From: Clostridia bacterium
Lineage (GTDB): Bacteria; Bacillota; Clostridia; Oscillospirales; QAMX01
Assembly: GCA_017414715.1 (NCBI GenBank)
Contig: JAFQKV010000119.1
Coordinates: 8,968 to 72,967 of the forward strand
Direction of reading: 5' to 3'
Length of the DNA stretch: 64,000 nucleotides
A program made the position numbers and the translations under genes. Positions 1-10,564 of the stretch are shown here, piece after piece. The notes under the pieces are model-generated. The model searched no databases. It saw only the letters and a list, made by a program, of their open reading frames with translations, and was not told where the DNA came from. Each line of letters opens with the position of its first letter. The first letter of the stretch is position 1.

Positions 1-1
1 T

Positions 2-514
2 GCGCTGCACGTCGTGCTCTTCCCTCTGCAGCGGCTGCCTCTGCTTTGGTCTGCCGCCCATCTGGAGGAATACTCCGCCGCCGCCGCCAAAGTCATGGAG
101 GCCGCCCGGGCAGGTACCGAGGCGGATATGTCCGTCGTGGATACAGTCACCCGCCTTTCCGCACAGATCACCGCCTGTGAGGGTATCGTATTGCTTGCAA
201 CCGTCATCACAATGTGGTTTGCGCCCCTTCCCTATTTGCTGGCTGAAGATCCCGGAAACGGAAGCTTTTTCCGCAAGGTGCTGGAATCCATGCGCTGTAT
301 GCGCGGTCACCTCATTGAATTCTGTATCTTCTGCGTGAGTTTTGCCGGCTGGTATCTGCTTTCCAGTCTCTTCGGCCAGTACATGTGCATCCTCTTCTAC
401 CCCTATATCCACATTGCACAGGCCATTTTTCTTAACCGCCTCATTCTCGCCCGGCGCCGGAAGGATGCCCCGGCTCCGGAGACCGCAGACGAAGAAAACA
501 AGGAAAATCAATAA
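2..514 (+). CDS. hypothetical multi-pass membrane protein, C-terminal part (frame open to the window edge)
   Basis: The frame of ORF 14..514 has no stop back to nt 2. It has hydrophobic segments (IVLLATVITMWF, FCIFCVSFAGWYLL, CILFYPYIHIAQAIFL) and a charged tail. No family recognised. Confidence 0.5.
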   Translation, partial: ALHVVLFPLQRLPLLWSAAHLEEYSAAAAKVMEAARAGTEADMSVVDTVTRLSAQITACEGIVLLATVITMWFAPLPYLLAEDPGNGSFFRKVLESMRCMRGHLIEFCIFCVSFAGWYLLSSLFGQYMCILFYPYIHIAQAIFLNRLILARRRKDAPAPETADEENKENQ

Positions 515-546
515 CTCAAAAACAATCGGTAAGGAGTGTTTTTTAT

Positions 547-1971
547 ATGTCTCTTTCCATTTACAATACCCTCTCCCGTACCAAGGAGGAATTCATCCCT
601 CTGCAGGGCAAAAACGTCGGCATGTATGTATGCGGCCCCACGGTCTACGGCATGCCTCATGTGGGCCATGCCAAGAGCTACGTCAGCTTTGACATCATTC
701 ACCGCTACCTCACGTATCTTGGCTACAACGTCAAATATGTGCAGAACATCACCGACGTCGGCCACCTTGTCGGCGACTCCGACGAGGGCGAGGACAAGAT
801 CCAGAAGCAGGCTCGCCTTGAAGCGCTGGATCCGGTTGCGATCGCTTACCGCTACGAGACCCTCTATTTTGACTGCATGGATGCCCTCGGTGTCCGCAAG
901 CCCACCATCTCCTGCCGCGCCACCGGCCATATCATTGAGATCATTGCCATGGTACAGGAGCTTCTTGACAAGGGCTATGCCTACGTCACCGATGCGGGCA
1001 ACGTCTATTACCGTGTTTCTTCCTTCAAGGACTACGGCAAGCTTTCCCACCGCGAGATCGACGAGACCGTCTCCGGTTCCCGTATCAATGTTGCGGATGA
1101 CAAGGAGCAGCCGGAGGATTTTGCCCTCTGGAAGAAGGCCGACGGCGGCCATCTGATGAAGTGGCCCTCCCCCTGGGGCGAGGGTTATCCCGGCTGGCAC
1201 ATCGAGTGCTCCGTCATGAGCCGCAAGTACCTCGGCGAGACCTTTGACATTCATGGCGGCGGCATCGACAACATGTTCCCCCACCACGACTGCGAAATTG
1301 CCCAGTCCGAAGCTGCCAACGGCTGCCCCTTCGTCAAATACTTTGTGCATAACAACCTCGTTACCGTCAACGGACAGAAGATGGGCAAGTCCCTCGGCAA
1401 CTTCATCACCCTGCCTGATCTCTTTGCGGAGTTTGATCCCATGCTTATCCGCTTCTACATCCTGCAGGCCCACTACCGCAAGCCCACCGACTTTGACCGC
1501 GCCAAGATCGCCGAGGTCGGAGATATCTATGACAAGCTCTGCGCCTCCATTGCCTCCGCCCGCCGCCGTGCGGGAGATGCCGCACCTGTCGAGGATGCGG
1601 ATGCCGCCCGTCTGCAGGCCGATTTCGAGGCTGCGATGAATGACGATTTCAACACCGCTCTTGCCATCTCCACCGTTTACGAGCTCTCCAAGGCCCTCAA
1701 CACCGAGTGTGCCAAGGGCGCACCCGATGCCGGCCGTCTCGCCGCGCTGCTCCGGGTTGTGGATGAGTGCTTTGTGCCCGTTCTCGGCCTCACATTTGCG
1801 GCCAAGGGCGGCGATGACAGCGGCAAGTATATCGAATATATCCTCCAGCTTCGTGCCGATATGCGCAAGGAAAAGCGCTTTGACGTGGCCGATCGTATCC
1901 GTGACGATCTTGCCGCCATGGGTGTCGAAGTTCTGGACGGTAAAGCCGGTTCCGGCTGGCGTCTGAAATGA
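547..1971 (+). CDS. cysS: cysteine--tRNA ligase
   Basis: 474 aa. N-terminus is typical of CysRS, with CGPTVYG followed by the HIGH-type motif PHVGH. KMSKS-type motif present as KMGKS. Confidence 0.95.
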   Translation: MSLSIYNTLSRTKEEFIPLQGKNVGMYVCGPTVYGMPHVGHAKSYVSFDIIHRYLTYLGYNVKYVQNITDVGHLVGDSDEGEDKIQKQARLEALDPVAIAYRYETLYFDCMDALGVRKPTISCRATGHIIEIIAMVQELLDKGYAYVTDAGNVYYRVSSFKDYGKLSHREIDETVSGSRINVADDKEQPEDFALWKKADGGHLMKWPSPWGEGYPGWHIECSVMSRKYLGETFDIHGGGIDNMFPHHDCEIAQSEAANGCPFVKYFVHNNLVTVNGQKMGKSLGNFITLPDLFAEFDPMLIRFYILQAHYRKPTDFDRAKIAEVGDIYDKLCASIASARRRAGDAAPVEDADAARLQADFEAAMNDDFNTALAISTVYELSKALNTECAKGAPDAGRLAALLRVVDECFVPVLGLTFAAKGGDDSGKYIEYILQLRADMRKEKRFDVADRIRDDLAAMGVEVLDGKAGSGWRLK

Positions 1972-2783
1972 CCGCCGCCGATTTAAAGGTATTGACTGCA
2001 GCCGCAGAGATCGGGTTACCCGAACCTCTGCGGCTGCTTCACATGACCGATACCCATGTCAATCTTCCCGGCCCGGGAAACCCCACAGAGGAGGCATACA
2101 CCGAGCATTTTGCCGCGGCTATAGAATATGCCAAAGCGCATGGCCTTTTCGTGATACATACGGGCGATCTGACGGTTTACAACACCCCGGAGAACTTTGC
2201 CTTTGCAAAGAAAATGCTCTCGGAGGTCGACCATATCACACTCATCGGCAATCACGATCTGACCCTCCCCGGCAAGATCGGCCACAACGACCCGGTTATG
2301 GGCGCTCAGGTCTTTCCCGTGGTGCAGTCTTATTTTGATCACGACCTGACCTTCTCCTCCCGTATTGTCGGCGGCGTAAATTTTGTCAGCATAAACAACA
2401 TTCACTACCGTTTCAAGCCGGAGCAAATGGAGCGTCTTAAAGCCGAAGCCTCCCGCGGCTATCCCATCATTCTGCTGCTCCACATTCCCCTCTTTGATTC
2501 CGAAGAGGCTGCGATCATGGCGGCAAAGGGACGCAAATTCCCCCATATGCTCACACCTCCGGAGAAATACCGCACCATATACGAGGAGCGCAACTGGGCA
2601 AGACAGTGCGGCGACGAGGCAACCTATGATACCGTGCGATATATCGGCAGTGAGCCCGCCATCCGGGCAATCTTCGCCGGGCACCTCCACGAACGGCACG
2701 ATGGCATCTGCGACTGCGGCAAGCGCCAGATCATTACAAACGGCGTTTTCCAGGGCTACGTCCGCGAGATAACCGTATATTAA
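1968..2783 (+). CDS. calcineurin-like metallophosphoesterase
   Basis: 271 aa with motifs LHMTDTHV, HTGDL, GNHD and GHLHE. Start overlaps the cysS stop by 4 nt. Confidence 0.75.
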   Translation: MTAADLKVLTAAAEIGLPEPLRLLHMTDTHVNLPGPGNPTEEAYTEHFAAAIEYAKAHGLFVIHTGDLTVYNTPENFAFAKKMLSEVDHITLIGNHDLTLPGKIGHNDPVMGAQVFPVVQSYFDHDLTFSSRIVGGVNFVSINNIHYRFKPEQMERLKAEASRGYPIILLLHIPLFDSEEAAIMAAKGRKFPHMLTPPEKYRTIYEERNWARQCGDEATYDTVRYIGSEPAIRAIFAGHLHERHDGICDCGKRQIITNGVFQGYVREITVY

Positions 2784-2815
2784 GGCCTGCCACCAGCTCC
2801 ATAAAACAAACAATT

Positions 2816-2869
2816 AAAAATCCCCCATTATGGTAAAATCAACAGTTTTTCCATAACAGGGGATTTTTT
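2816..2869. terminator. bidirectional hairpin terminator between convergent genes
   Basis: AAAAATCCCCCATTATGG ... CCATAACAGGGGATTTTTT: an interrupted stem flanked by an A-run on one side and a T-run on the other. Confidence 0.7.
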
Positions 2870-2875
2870 ATGTCA

Positions 2876-4267
2876 TTATTTTTTCTTCATCCGCAGACGC
2901 ATATAGCTGTATCCGCCCTCTGCGACGGTGTTTTTACAGATAATATCAGAAATCCATCCATCCTTTGCAGGATCAGCACTGTACTTCTGCCCGCTCACTT
3001 TAATAATTACATTATCCAATACAATTGTATCCGTTACCGCTCCAAGCATTTCATGCTTATCACCGGAGAATCTGCCGATAACGCAGCAACAGGAAGTCGC
3101 CGAAGATACCGTTGCCTGTTCAAGCACATATAACTCTCCATCCGTGCCAAAGAAAAAGCTGCAAATCCCCCACCGCAGATACGTGGTTTCATTATCGGAT
3201 ATCAGCATGCTGTCATACTCGTTCGCGTATAAAGGTTCCCCGTTGGGTGACAATACTTCCAGCACATACTTCTCATCCACCGGAGTAGAAGGTATGCTCT
3301 TTTCAATGAACATCACATACAAATTTCCTTCGTCATCCATTTGCATGTGTTCGTCTGAATGGAAACAGTTACGATAATCATATTTTGGCCCTATTTCACG
3401 GGAGAACACACAGGCCTGTTTATCCGTTCCGAAGTTTTCAAGACAATAAACTGCAAGACAATTCTTGTATGCGATTGTCTCTTGGTTCACATCATAATCC
3501 GTATCCGTTTCAGATACGAGCAGATATATTCTGCCGTCTCGATGCACGAGTTCACAGACAGTAACGCTCACGCCATCAAATCCAACGCCGTAATTAGAGA
3601 ATTCCATCCGTTCAAAGTCATACGTAAGGGTATTGCACCATGGATTATTCGAAGAGTTACATGCAAAATAAGCTTTTTCCCCATCCGAGCATGCCCTTCC
3701 GTTGGTTTGAACAAATGAAATATTTCCGGACTCGCCAACGTTTTTACATTCCCCGGTCTTTGGGTCATACATCCGCGCCTCCAGCCGGGTTGATTTCATG
3801 GTGTAGTTGAAGAGAAAAACCCGTGATTTTTCATCACAAAAGACCGAAAGAAAATGGCCGGAAGAATCGCGTCCAACTTCTCTATATATCTCAAAACTGT
3901 AAAGCTCTACCCAATCCTCCGTGGCCATCCGATAGAGCGTTACTGTATCCATCCGGTCGGGTTCAGCTCCATTAGCCGTTACCGCAAGAAAGTATACGGT
4001 GCCGTCCGGTGCTGTCGCAACTGCCGCATTTTGAACGGCAGCATTGTCAAATCTAAGCTCTTGAAATTCCACATAATCGTTGATGCGATGTTCATTCGAG
4101 AGCGTAAAATCTCCCAGAATATACTCTTTAGATCCGTTCAAAGTGATGTCTACCGGTTTCGTCTCCGGCCGCAGAAAAAGGCAGAGAAGTATTGCCGCAA
4201 TACAAGCAGCAGCAACAATACAAACAGTCAGACAGATCCGACGGACTCTGATTTTCTTCTCTTCCAT
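2876..4267 (-). CDS. ORFan type-II membrane protein with a Cys-rich, repeat/beta-rich extracellular domain
   Basis: 463 aa. N-terminal TM segment ICLTVCIVAAACIAAILLCLFL. The rest is rich in Y/F/D/G/C with beta-strand-like periodicity. Much lower GC than the flanks. No family recognised. Confidence 0.7.
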   Translation of the reverse strand: MEEKKIRVRRICLTVCIVAAACIAAILLCLFLRPETKPVDITLNGSKEYILGDFTLSNEHRINDYVEFQELRFDNAAVQNAAVATAPDGTVYFLAVTANGAEPDRMDTVTLYRMATEDWVELYSFEIYREVGRDSSGHFLSVFCDEKSRVFLFNYTMKSTRLEARMYDPKTGECKNVGESGNISFVQTNGRACSDGEKAYFACNSSNNPWCNTLTYDFERMEFSNYGVGFDGVSVTVCELVHRDGRIYLLVSETDTDYDVNQETIAYKNCLAVYCLENFGTDKQACVFSREIGPKYDYRNCFHSDEHMQMDDEGNLYVMFIEKSIPSTPVDEKYVLEVLSPNGEPLYANEYDSMLISDNETTYLRWGICSFFFGTDGELYVLEQATVSSATSCCCVIGRFSGDKHEMLGAVTDTIVLDNVIIKVSGQKYSADPAKDGWISDIICKNTVAEGGYSYMRLRMKKK

Positions 4268-4336
4268 AGATGAATTCTCCTTTTATTAAAATATCTCAAA
4301 CTGCCCTCTTGCAGTCCACTCGCTATAGACAGTTCT

Positions 4337-4365
4337 ATTCTACACAATATATATGACTTTGTCAA
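4337..4365 (-). promoter_or_regulatory. sigma-A type promoter TTGACA-17-TAGAAT for the ORFan gene
   Basis: The minus strand reads TTGACAAAGTCATATATATTGTGTAGAAT. An AAGGAG RBS lies about 8 nt before the ATG at 4267. Confidence 0.65.
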
Positions 4366-4443
4366 TAGGAATTGTGTGCTTTAATAATCGGAGTTCCCGA
4401 GCATGCTCTGTTTCTATCCATGAACAGACTTGATACTCATTAT

Positions 4444-4479
4444 ACAACAAAAACCCCTCTCCGGTTTCCCGAAGAGGGG
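4444..4479 (-). terminator. rho-independent terminator ending the ribosomal-protein/alpha operon
   Basis: On the minus strand CCCCTCTTCGG-GAAA-CCGGAGAGGGG is followed by TTTTTGTTGT, about 15 nt after the rplQ stop. Confidence 0.85.
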
Positions 4480-4493
4480 CTTGCAGATTGGAC

Positions 4494-4841
4494 TTAGATG
4501 AGCTCCAGCAGAGCGGTCTCGGCATTGTCGCCGCGACGGGTGCCGAGCTTGATGATGCGAGTATAACCGCCGTTGCGGTCGGCATACTTGGGTGCGATCT
4601 CATCAAACAGCTTCTTGACGACGTCTTCCTTGGTGATAAAGGAAAGAGCCTGGCGCTTGGCGCTGAGGACATTCTCCTTCGTCTTACCGAGGGTGATCAT
4701 CTTCTCGGCCAGGGAGCGAACCTCCTTGGCGCGGGCGACGGTCGTCTCGATCTTGCCGTTCTCCAGCAGATAGGTCACCATAGCGCGCAGCATAGCCATG
4801 CGCTGATCGGTGGGTCTGCCCAATTTACGGGTCCCGGGCAT
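4494..4841 (-). CDS. rplQ: 50S ribosomal protein L17
   Basis: 115 aa. [21 protein letters not shown] is a typical L17 N-terminus. Lies in the conserved position after rpoA. Confidence 0.95.
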   Translation of the reverse strand: MPGTRKLGRPTDQRMAMLRAMVTYLLENGKIETTVARAKEVRSLAEKMITLGKTKENVLSAKRQALSFITKEDVVKKLFDEIAPKYADRNGGYTRIIKLGTRRGDNAETALLELI

Positions 4842-4863
4842 TGTCTATTTCCTCCTTATGCGA

Positions 4864-5808
4864 CTACTCTTCTTCTTTGGAAAGGGATAAGCCCATGGCG
4901 ACCAGCTTGTTGAGCACTTCCTCCAGGGACTTACGGCCGAGGTTACGGACCTTCATCATGTCTTCCTCCGTCTTGCTGACAAGGTCGCCCACGGTGTTGA
5001 TACCGGCGCGCTTGAGGCAGTTGAAGGAGCGGACCGAGAAGTCCAGTTCCTCGATGGTCATATCCATAACGGAATTGGTATTCTCATCCGTATGCTCGAC
5101 CACTTGGTAGGTGCCGAGATCTTCCGAGAGATTGACGAAGATCTGCAGATGCTCCGTCAGGATCCGAGCGGAAAGAGAAACGGCTTCGCTTGCGGCGATG
5201 GTCTTATCCGTCCAGACCTCCAGGGTCAGCCTGTCAAAGTCGGTAACGTTGCCCACGCGGGTGTTCTCGACCGTATAGTTGACCTTGAGGATCGGTGTGA
5301 AAATGGAGTCAACGGGAATCAGTCCGATAACGGACTGGGCGGGCTTGTTCTTCTCGGCAGAAACGTAACCAAAGCCATGAGCAAAGGTCAGCTCCGCAGA
5401 GAAATGTGCACCCTCCGCCAGCGTTGCAATGTGCAGGTCGGGGTTGAGGATCTCAACCTCGCTGTCACCGATAATGTCGCCGGCAGTAATATCGCAGGGG
5501 CCTTCAGCCTCGATATAGGTGATCTTAACACCCGGAGAATGGAGCTTTGCAATGACGGACTTGACGTTCAGAACGATCTCAGTCACGTCCTCCTTTACAC
5601 CGGGAACGGTGGAAAACTCATGCTGGATGCCACCGATTTTAATGCTGGTCACAGCTGTACCGGGGAGACTGGAAAGGAGCACTCTGCGCAGAGAGTTACC
5701 AAGCGTTGCTCCGTAGCCGCGCTGGAGAGGTTCGATGACAAACTTGCCGTAGGAACCGTCCGCCGCCGAATCAACGCACTCCAGCGTCGACTTCTGCATT
5801 TCAATCAT
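4864..5808 (-). CDS. rpoA: DNA-directed RNA polymerase subunit alpha
   Basis: 314 aa. Contains [28 protein letters not shown] and a C-terminal domain with [16 protein letters not shown]. Confidence 0.97.
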   Translation of the reverse strand: MIEMQKSTLECVDSAADGSYGKFVIEPLQRGYGATLGNSLRRVLLSSLPGTAVTSIKIGGIQHEFSTVPGVKEDVTEIVLNVKSVIAKLHSPGVKITYIEAEGPCDITAGDIIGDSEVEILNPDLHIATLAEGAHFSAELTFAHGFGYVSAEKNKPAQSVIGLIPVDSIFTPILKVNYTVENTRVGNVTDFDRLTLEVWTDKTIAASEAVSLSARILTEHLQIFVNLSEDLGTYQVVEHTDENTNSVMDMTIEELDFSVRSFNCLKRAGINTVGDLVSKTEEDMMKVRNLGRKSLEEVLNKLVAMGLSLSKEEE

Positions 5809-5886
5809 GTAATTTTACCCCCTTTGTGTGGCAGCCCTCAGGCCGCCTCTTTCAGTAACAAACACTGACTACTGCGTCGAAAGGGA

Positions 5887-6513
5887 TTATTTGGAATACA
5901 GCTCGACGATCAGGTGTTCCTCCACCGGGAGGTCGATATCCGCACGGGTGGGCATTGCAACGAGCTTGCCCTCGTAGGCGGAAGCGTTGAACTCCAGCCA
6001 GCCGGGCATGGGTTTGGATGCATTGGCCTCGATGACAGCCTTGATCTTGTCGCTGGAACGGCTGTTCTCACGAACGGCGATAACGTCGCCGGCCTTCACC
6101 AGGTAGGAAGGAATGTTGACCTTCTTGCCGTTGACGGAGAAGTGAGCGTGACGAACAAGCTGTCTTGCCTCGGCGCGGGACATAGCCAGACCGAGACGAT
6201 AAACAACGTTGTCCAGACGGGTCTCAAGAAGGATGAGCAGGTTTTCACCCACAACGCCGTCCTTCTTGGTGGCCATCTCGAAGTACTTGCGGAACTGGGA
6301 CTCGGACAGACCATAGAACCGCTTGGTCATCTGCTTCTCACGGAGCATCAGGCCGTATTCCTTGGTCTTTGCGCGGCCCTGGCCATGCTGTCCGGGGGCG
6401 AAGGGACGGCGTGCGAGAGCGCACTTCTCGCTGTAGCAGCGATCGCCCTTCAGGAAGAGCTTCTTACCCTCTCTGCGGCAAAGGCGGCAGGAAGGTCCGG
6501 TATATCTAGCCAT
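5887..6513 (-). CDS. rpsD: 30S ribosomal protein S4
   Basis: 208 aa. [17 protein letters not shown]-terminus and an S4 RNA-binding domain. Confidence 0.96.
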   Translation of the reverse strand: MARYTGPSCRLCRREGKKLFLKGDRCYSEKCALARRPFAPGQHGQGRAKTKEYGLMLREKQMTKRFYGLSESQFRKYFEMATKKDGVVGENLLILLETRLDNVVYRLGLAMSRAEARQLVRHAHFSVNGKKVNIPSYLVKAGDVIAVRENSRSSDKIKAVIEANASKPMPGWLEFNASAYEGKLVAMPTRADIDLPVEEHLIVELYSK

Positions 6514-6534
6514 TTACTATTACCTCCGATAGAA

Positions 6535-6951
6535 TTAGACGCGGCGTCTCTTGGGCGGGCGGCAGCCGTTGTGGGGAATGGGGGTCACGTCCTTGATCAT
6601 GGTGACCTCAAGACCCACAGTCTGCAGAGCACGGATAGCAGCCTCACGGCCGGATCCGGGACCTCTGACAAAAACCTCAACGGACTTCAGACCATGCTCC
6701 ATGGCAGCCTTGGCAGCAGTCTCCGCAGCGGTCTGAGCTGCAAAGGGAGTGCTCTTACGGGAGCCGCGGACGCCGAGTCCGCCGGCGGACGCCCAGGAAA
6801 TCGCGTTGCCCGCGACATCGGTGATGGTAACGAGGGTGTTATTGAAGGAAGAGCGAATATGCACAGCGCCCTTTTCAATATTCTTGCGCTCGCGGCGCTT
6901 CTTGATTGCCACCTTCTTGCCGGCGGCCTGAGAATTCTTAGGTGCAGCCAC
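6535..6951 (-). CDS. rpsK: 30S ribosomal protein S11
   Basis: 138 aa. Contains [18 protein letters not shown] and ends RPPKRRRV. Confidence 0.95.
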   Translation of the reverse strand: MAAPKNSQAAGKKVAIKKRRERKNIEKGAVHIRSSFNNTLVTITDVAGNAISWASAGGLGVRGSRKSTPFAAQTAAETAAKAAMEHGLKSVEVFVRGPGSGREAAIRALQTVGLEVTMIKDVTPIPHNGCRPPKRRRV

Positions 6952-6965
6952 AGTACTTGCCCTCC

Positions 6966-7334
6966 TTACTGCTTCTTGTTAGCAATGGTCTTACGGGGAC
7001 CCTTGCGAGTGCGGGCGTTGGTCTTGGAACGCTGTCCGCGGACAGGCAGACCCTTTCTGTGGCGGGTGCCTCTGTAAGAGCCGATTTCGATCAGTCTCTT
7101 GATATCCATCGCGATGTTGCGGCGAAGGTCGCCTTCCACCGTGACGTTGTGCTCGATTGCCTCACGGAGCTTGGAAACTTCGTCCTCCGTCAGGTCCTTG
7201 ACCCGCTTGTCGGGGTCGATGCCGGTCATGGCGAGGATCTTTCTCGACGTGCTGACGCCGATACCGTAAATGTATGTGAGACCATACTCCAGTCTCTTCT
7301 CACGGGGCAGGTCTACACCAGCTATACGTGCCAT
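6966..7334 (-). CDS. rpsM: 30S ribosomal protein S13
   Basis: 122 aa. Starts [14 protein letters not shown]. Confidence 0.96.
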   Translation of the reverse strand: MARIAGVDLPREKRLEYGLTYIYGIGVSTSRKILAMTGIDPDKRVKDLTEDEVSKLREAIEHNVTVEGDLRRNIAMDIKRLIEIGSYRGTRHRKGLPVRGQRSKTNARTRKGPRKTIANKKQ

Positions 7335-7360
7335 TTACTCTACGTACCTCCTGTACTTTC

Positions 7361-7486
7361 TTAACCCTGTCTCTGCTTGTGCTTGGCCTTGTTCTTGGGG
7401 TCGGAACAGATAACCATAACGACACCCTTGCGTCGAATGACCTTGCACTTATCGCACATGGGCTTAACCGATGCTCTGACTTTCAT
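7361..7486 (-). CDS. rpmJ: 50S ribosomal protein L36 (zinc-ribbon form)
   Basis: Absent from the ORF track because it is under 60 aa. Hand translation gives [41 protein letters not shown] (41 aa). Lies in the canonical slot between infA and rpsM. Confidence 0.9.
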   Translation of the reverse strand: MKVRASVKPMCDKCKVIRRKGVVMVICSDPKNKAKHKQRQG

Positions 7487-7529
7487 GATATGGTTCCCCT
7501 TTCGCCGCTGATTCTTTTAGCGGCAAGTC

Positions 7530-7748
7530 TTATTTGGATCTCCATGTGATCCGGCCGCGGGTCAGGTCGTAGGGAGAGATCTCCACGGTGACCTTATCGC
7601 CCTGCAGGATCTTAATGTAGTTCATTCTGAGCTTTCCGGAGATGTGCGCCAGAACCTTATGCTTGTTCGGCAGCTCCACCATAAACATCGCATTGGGCAG
7701 TGCCTCTACTACGATGCCCTCAAGCTCAATCAAATCGTCTTTTGCCAC
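7530..7748 (-). CDS. infA: translation initiation factor IF-1
   Basis: 72 aa. Starts [22 protein letters not shown] and ends GRITWR. Confidence 0.96.
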   Translation of the reverse strand: MAKDDLIELEGIVVEALPNAMFMVELPNKHKVLAHISGKLRMNYIKILQGDKVTVEISPYDLTRGRITWRSK

Positions 7749-7793
7749 GATGATATCCTCCTTATCGTATCTCCATACTGTCTCTTTGGTTCC

Positions 7794-8579
7794 TCATTCA
7801 CACATTTCCTCGGCGATGATGGTCCCCTCGCCGTTGTCTGTGAGGATAAACGGATCCCCGTTTGTGATGAGAATGGAATTTTCATAGTGCGCGGAGAGTT
7901 TACCGTCGGCCGTCACGACGCACCACCCGTCTTTCAGGGTCAGCACCTCGGGCGTTCCGGCGTTAATCATCGGCTCTACCGCCAAAGTCATACCGGGGGT
8001 CAGCCGTGGCCCCTTTCCCGCTGTGCGGTAATTGGGCACCTCCGGGTCTTCGTGGAGTTTTGCTCCAACACCATGGCCTACATACTTCCGCACGACGCCG
8101 TATCCGGCCGCCTCTGCGTATGTCTGTATGGCGCTTGACATATCGGATATTCTGTAGCCAGGTCTGGCAACTTTCATGGCCTCGAAGAAACATTCCCGCG
8201 TGACACGGATAAGTCTTCTGGCCTCGTCGGATATCTTTCCGACGCCGAAAGTTGCCGCGCAGTCGCCGTTATACCCGTCCTTGCAGGCACCCACGTCGAT
8301 CTTCACAAGGTCACCCTCGCAAAGAACGGTCTTCCGGCTCGGAATGCCGTGAATCACCTGTTCATTGACGGAAACGCACGCGGATGCCGGGAATCCGCCG
8401 TACCCAAGAAAGGTAGGCGTAGCACCCTGGGCTTCGATGCAGGATCGGACGATCGCGTCCAGCTCGGCAGTTGTGATACCGGGCCGGACGGCTCTTCCGG
8501 CTTCCCGCAGTGCCGCACCCGCGATGCGGCCGGCAACTTTCATCTTCTCAATTTCATGAAGAGATTTGATCGCGATCAT
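7794..8579 (-). CDS. map: type I methionine aminopeptidase
   Basis: 261 aa. Metal-ligand context visible (DIGACKDGYNGD, HGVG, EPMI). Conserved adk-map-infA gene order. Confidence 0.93.
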   Translation of the reverse strand: MIAIKSLHEIEKMKVAGRIAGAALREAGRAVRPGITTAELDAIVRSCIEAQGATPTFLGYGGFPASACVSVNEQVIHGIPSRKTVLCEGDLVKIDVGACKDGYNGDCAATFGVGKISDEARRLIRVTRECFFEAMKVARPGYRISDMSSAIQTYAEAAGYGVVRKYVGHGVGAKLHEDPEVPNYRTAGKGPRLTPGMTLAVEPMINAGTPEVLTLKDGWCVVTADGKLSAHYENSILITNGDPFILTDNGEGTIIAEEMCE

Positions 8580-8584
8580 TGCGG

Positions 8585-9217
8585 TCAGATACCCAGAGCA
8601 GCGAATGCAAACTCGGTGGTCTTCTCGATGGACTTGGTGCCATCGATCTCACGGAGCTTACCCTTGCTCTTGTAGTAGTCCTTGACCGGTTCCGTCTGCT
8701 CGTGGTAAACCGCGAGTCGGGCCCGAACCGTCTCGGCTGCATCGTCCGCCCTCTGGACCAGACCGGCACCGCACTTGTCGCACAGGCCTTCCTGTTTCGG
8801 AGGATTGTTCTGCAGGTGGAATGTAGCCCCGCAGGTCGGACAGCTTCTTCTTCCGCTCATCCGGCGCTCAATGTCATCGTCATTGACCTCGATGGAAAGA
8901 ACGACATCAATTTCGACTCCCATGGCGTCCAGCGCCTCGGCCTGGGGCACCGTGCGGGGGAACCCGTCGAGGATAAAACCGCCTTTGCAGTCATCCTCGG
9001 CGAGACGCTCCTTGATCATTCCGATAACCACCTCGTCGGGGACCAGCTTGCCGTTGTCGGTGAAATTCTTCGCCAGCTTGCCAAGCTCGGTACCGCCGCG
9101 GATAGCTTCACGGATGATGTTGCCCGTAGAAACCGAGGGAATTGCGAGTCTCTGGCAGATCAGCTCTGCCTGGGTGCCTTTTCCGGCGCCCGGAGCTCCG
9201 AATAAAATGATCTTCAT
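8585..9217 (-). CDS. adk: adenylate kinase with zinc-binding lid
   Basis: 210 aa. P-loop GAPGAGKGTQ. Lid motif CPTCG...CDKCG. Confidence 0.96.
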   Translation of the reverse strand: MKIILFGAPGAGKGTQAELICQRLAIPSVSTGNIIREAIRGGTELGKLAKNFTDNGKLVPDEVVIGMIKERLAEDDCKGGFILDGFPRTVPQAEALDAMGVEIDVVLSIEVNDDDIERRMSGRRSCPTCGATFHLQNNPPKQEGLCDKCGAGLVQRADDAAETVRARLAVYHEQTEPVKDYYKSKGKLREIDGTKSIEKTTEFAFAALGI

Positions 9218-9241
9218 AGTGATTGTGACACCTCGGATCCT

Positions 9242-10564
9242 TTATTCAAGGAAGCCCTTGTAGTGACGCATCATCATCTGCGCCTCCAGGGTCTTCACAG
9301 TGTCAAGTGCGACACCGACAACAATCAGCAGGGTCGTACCACCGAGAGCGAGGCCGCCGAGAGTCGAGCTGCCGTAGCTCATCAGGATGGGCACGATAGC
9401 GACAACGCCCAGGAAGAAGGCACCGATAAGGGTCAGACGCTTGAGGATCTTGGAGATATAATCCGCAGTGGGTCTGCCCTGACGGATGCCGGGGACGGTA
9501 CCGCCGTTGTTCTTGATGTTGTTGGCTACCTCCAGAGGATTAAACTGGGTGTAGGCATAGAAGAAGGAGAAAGCGATGATCAGCAGGAAATAGATGATCG
9601 GGTAGAGGGGCTTCTGGGTAGAAGTCCATGTCTTCACGACCGCCCAGAAGGATCCGGCTTCGAATTCCGGCAGGAAAGCGAAGATGATCATGGGCAGAGA
9701 GGTGATGGAGGAAGCAAAGATGATGGGCATAACGCCGGTCATTGCGACCTTCATCGGAATGTAGCTGGACTGTCCGCCGTAGACCTTGCGGCCCACCACG
9801 CGCTTGGCGTAGTTGACGGGGATGCGGCGCTCGGCATTGTTGAAGAAAACAACAAATGCGATGGCGACGATCATGAATGCCAGCAGGAGAGCGAGCAGCC
9901 AGATGGGGAGGCTGCCGTTCTTGACGTTCTGGTAGGCGGTGACAGCGACGGAGGGCACCTGCGCCAGGATACCTGCAAAGAGGATGACGGAGATGCCGTT
10001 GCCGATGCCCTTCTCAGTGATCTTCTCACCCAGCCACATGACCATAGCGGTACCTGCGGTGAAGGAGAGGATGATAACGACAGCCTTCCAGAGGTTGGGG
10101 TTCTGGATGACATATTCCTTGACGCCGGCTGCATTGGTAATGAACATAGCATTACCGGACAGCGTGATGTAGTACACGAGGCCCTGGAGAAGGCCGAGGG
10201 CAACGGTGGTGTACCGGGTGAGCGCCATCTGCTTCTTCTGGCCCTCAGGACCGCCTTCCTTAACCATGCGCTCCAGCGCGGGGATCGCGATACAGAGCAG
10301 CTGGATAATAATGGAGGCGTTGATGTAGGGCGTGATGGACATTGCAAAGATGGTCGCATTGGAGAAGGCGCCGCCGGTCAGCATATTGACATATCCGAAG
10401 AAGACATTGTCAGAGCCGTTGAGAACCGCAGCAACCACATCCTGGTTGACGTAAGGAACGGTAATCTGTGCGCCGATACGGAAAACAAGGATGATGAAGA
10501 TCGTGTAGAGGATCTTCATTCGGAGGTCCTTGATCTTCCAGGCGTTAATCAGCGTCTGAAGCAT
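9242..10564 (-). CDS. secY: preprotein translocase subunit SecY
   Basis: 440 aa, polytopic. Contains GGAFSNATIFAMSITPYINASII, typical of SecY. Confidence 0.96.
   Translation of the reverse strand: MLQTLINAWKIKDLRMKILYTIFIILVFRIGAQITVPYVNQDVVAAVLNGSDNVFFGYVNMLTGGAFSNATIFAMSITPYINASIIIQLLCIAIPALERMVKEGGPEGQKKQMALTRYTTVALGLLQGLVYYITLSGNAMFITNAAGVKEYVIQNPNLWKAVVIILSFTAGTAMVMWLGEKITEKGIGNGISVILFAGILAQVPSVAVTAYQNVKNGSLPIWLLALLLAFMIVAIAFVVFFNNAERRIPVNYAKRVVGRKVYGGQSSYIPMKVAMTGVMPIIFASSITSLPMIIFAFLPEFEAGSFWAVVKTWTSTQKPLYPIIYFLLIIAFSFFYAYTQFNPLEVANNIKNNGGTVPGIRQGRPTADYISKILKRLTLIGAFFLGVVAIVPILMSYGSSTLGGLALGGTTLLIVVGVALDTVKTLEAQMMMRHYKGFLE

Noticed and set aside
2784-4493. Low-GC island as a mobile element or prophage remnant
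   Set aside because: I could see no integrase, transposase, flanking direct or inverted repeats, or tRNA target. I call it only a compositionally atypical single-gene island.
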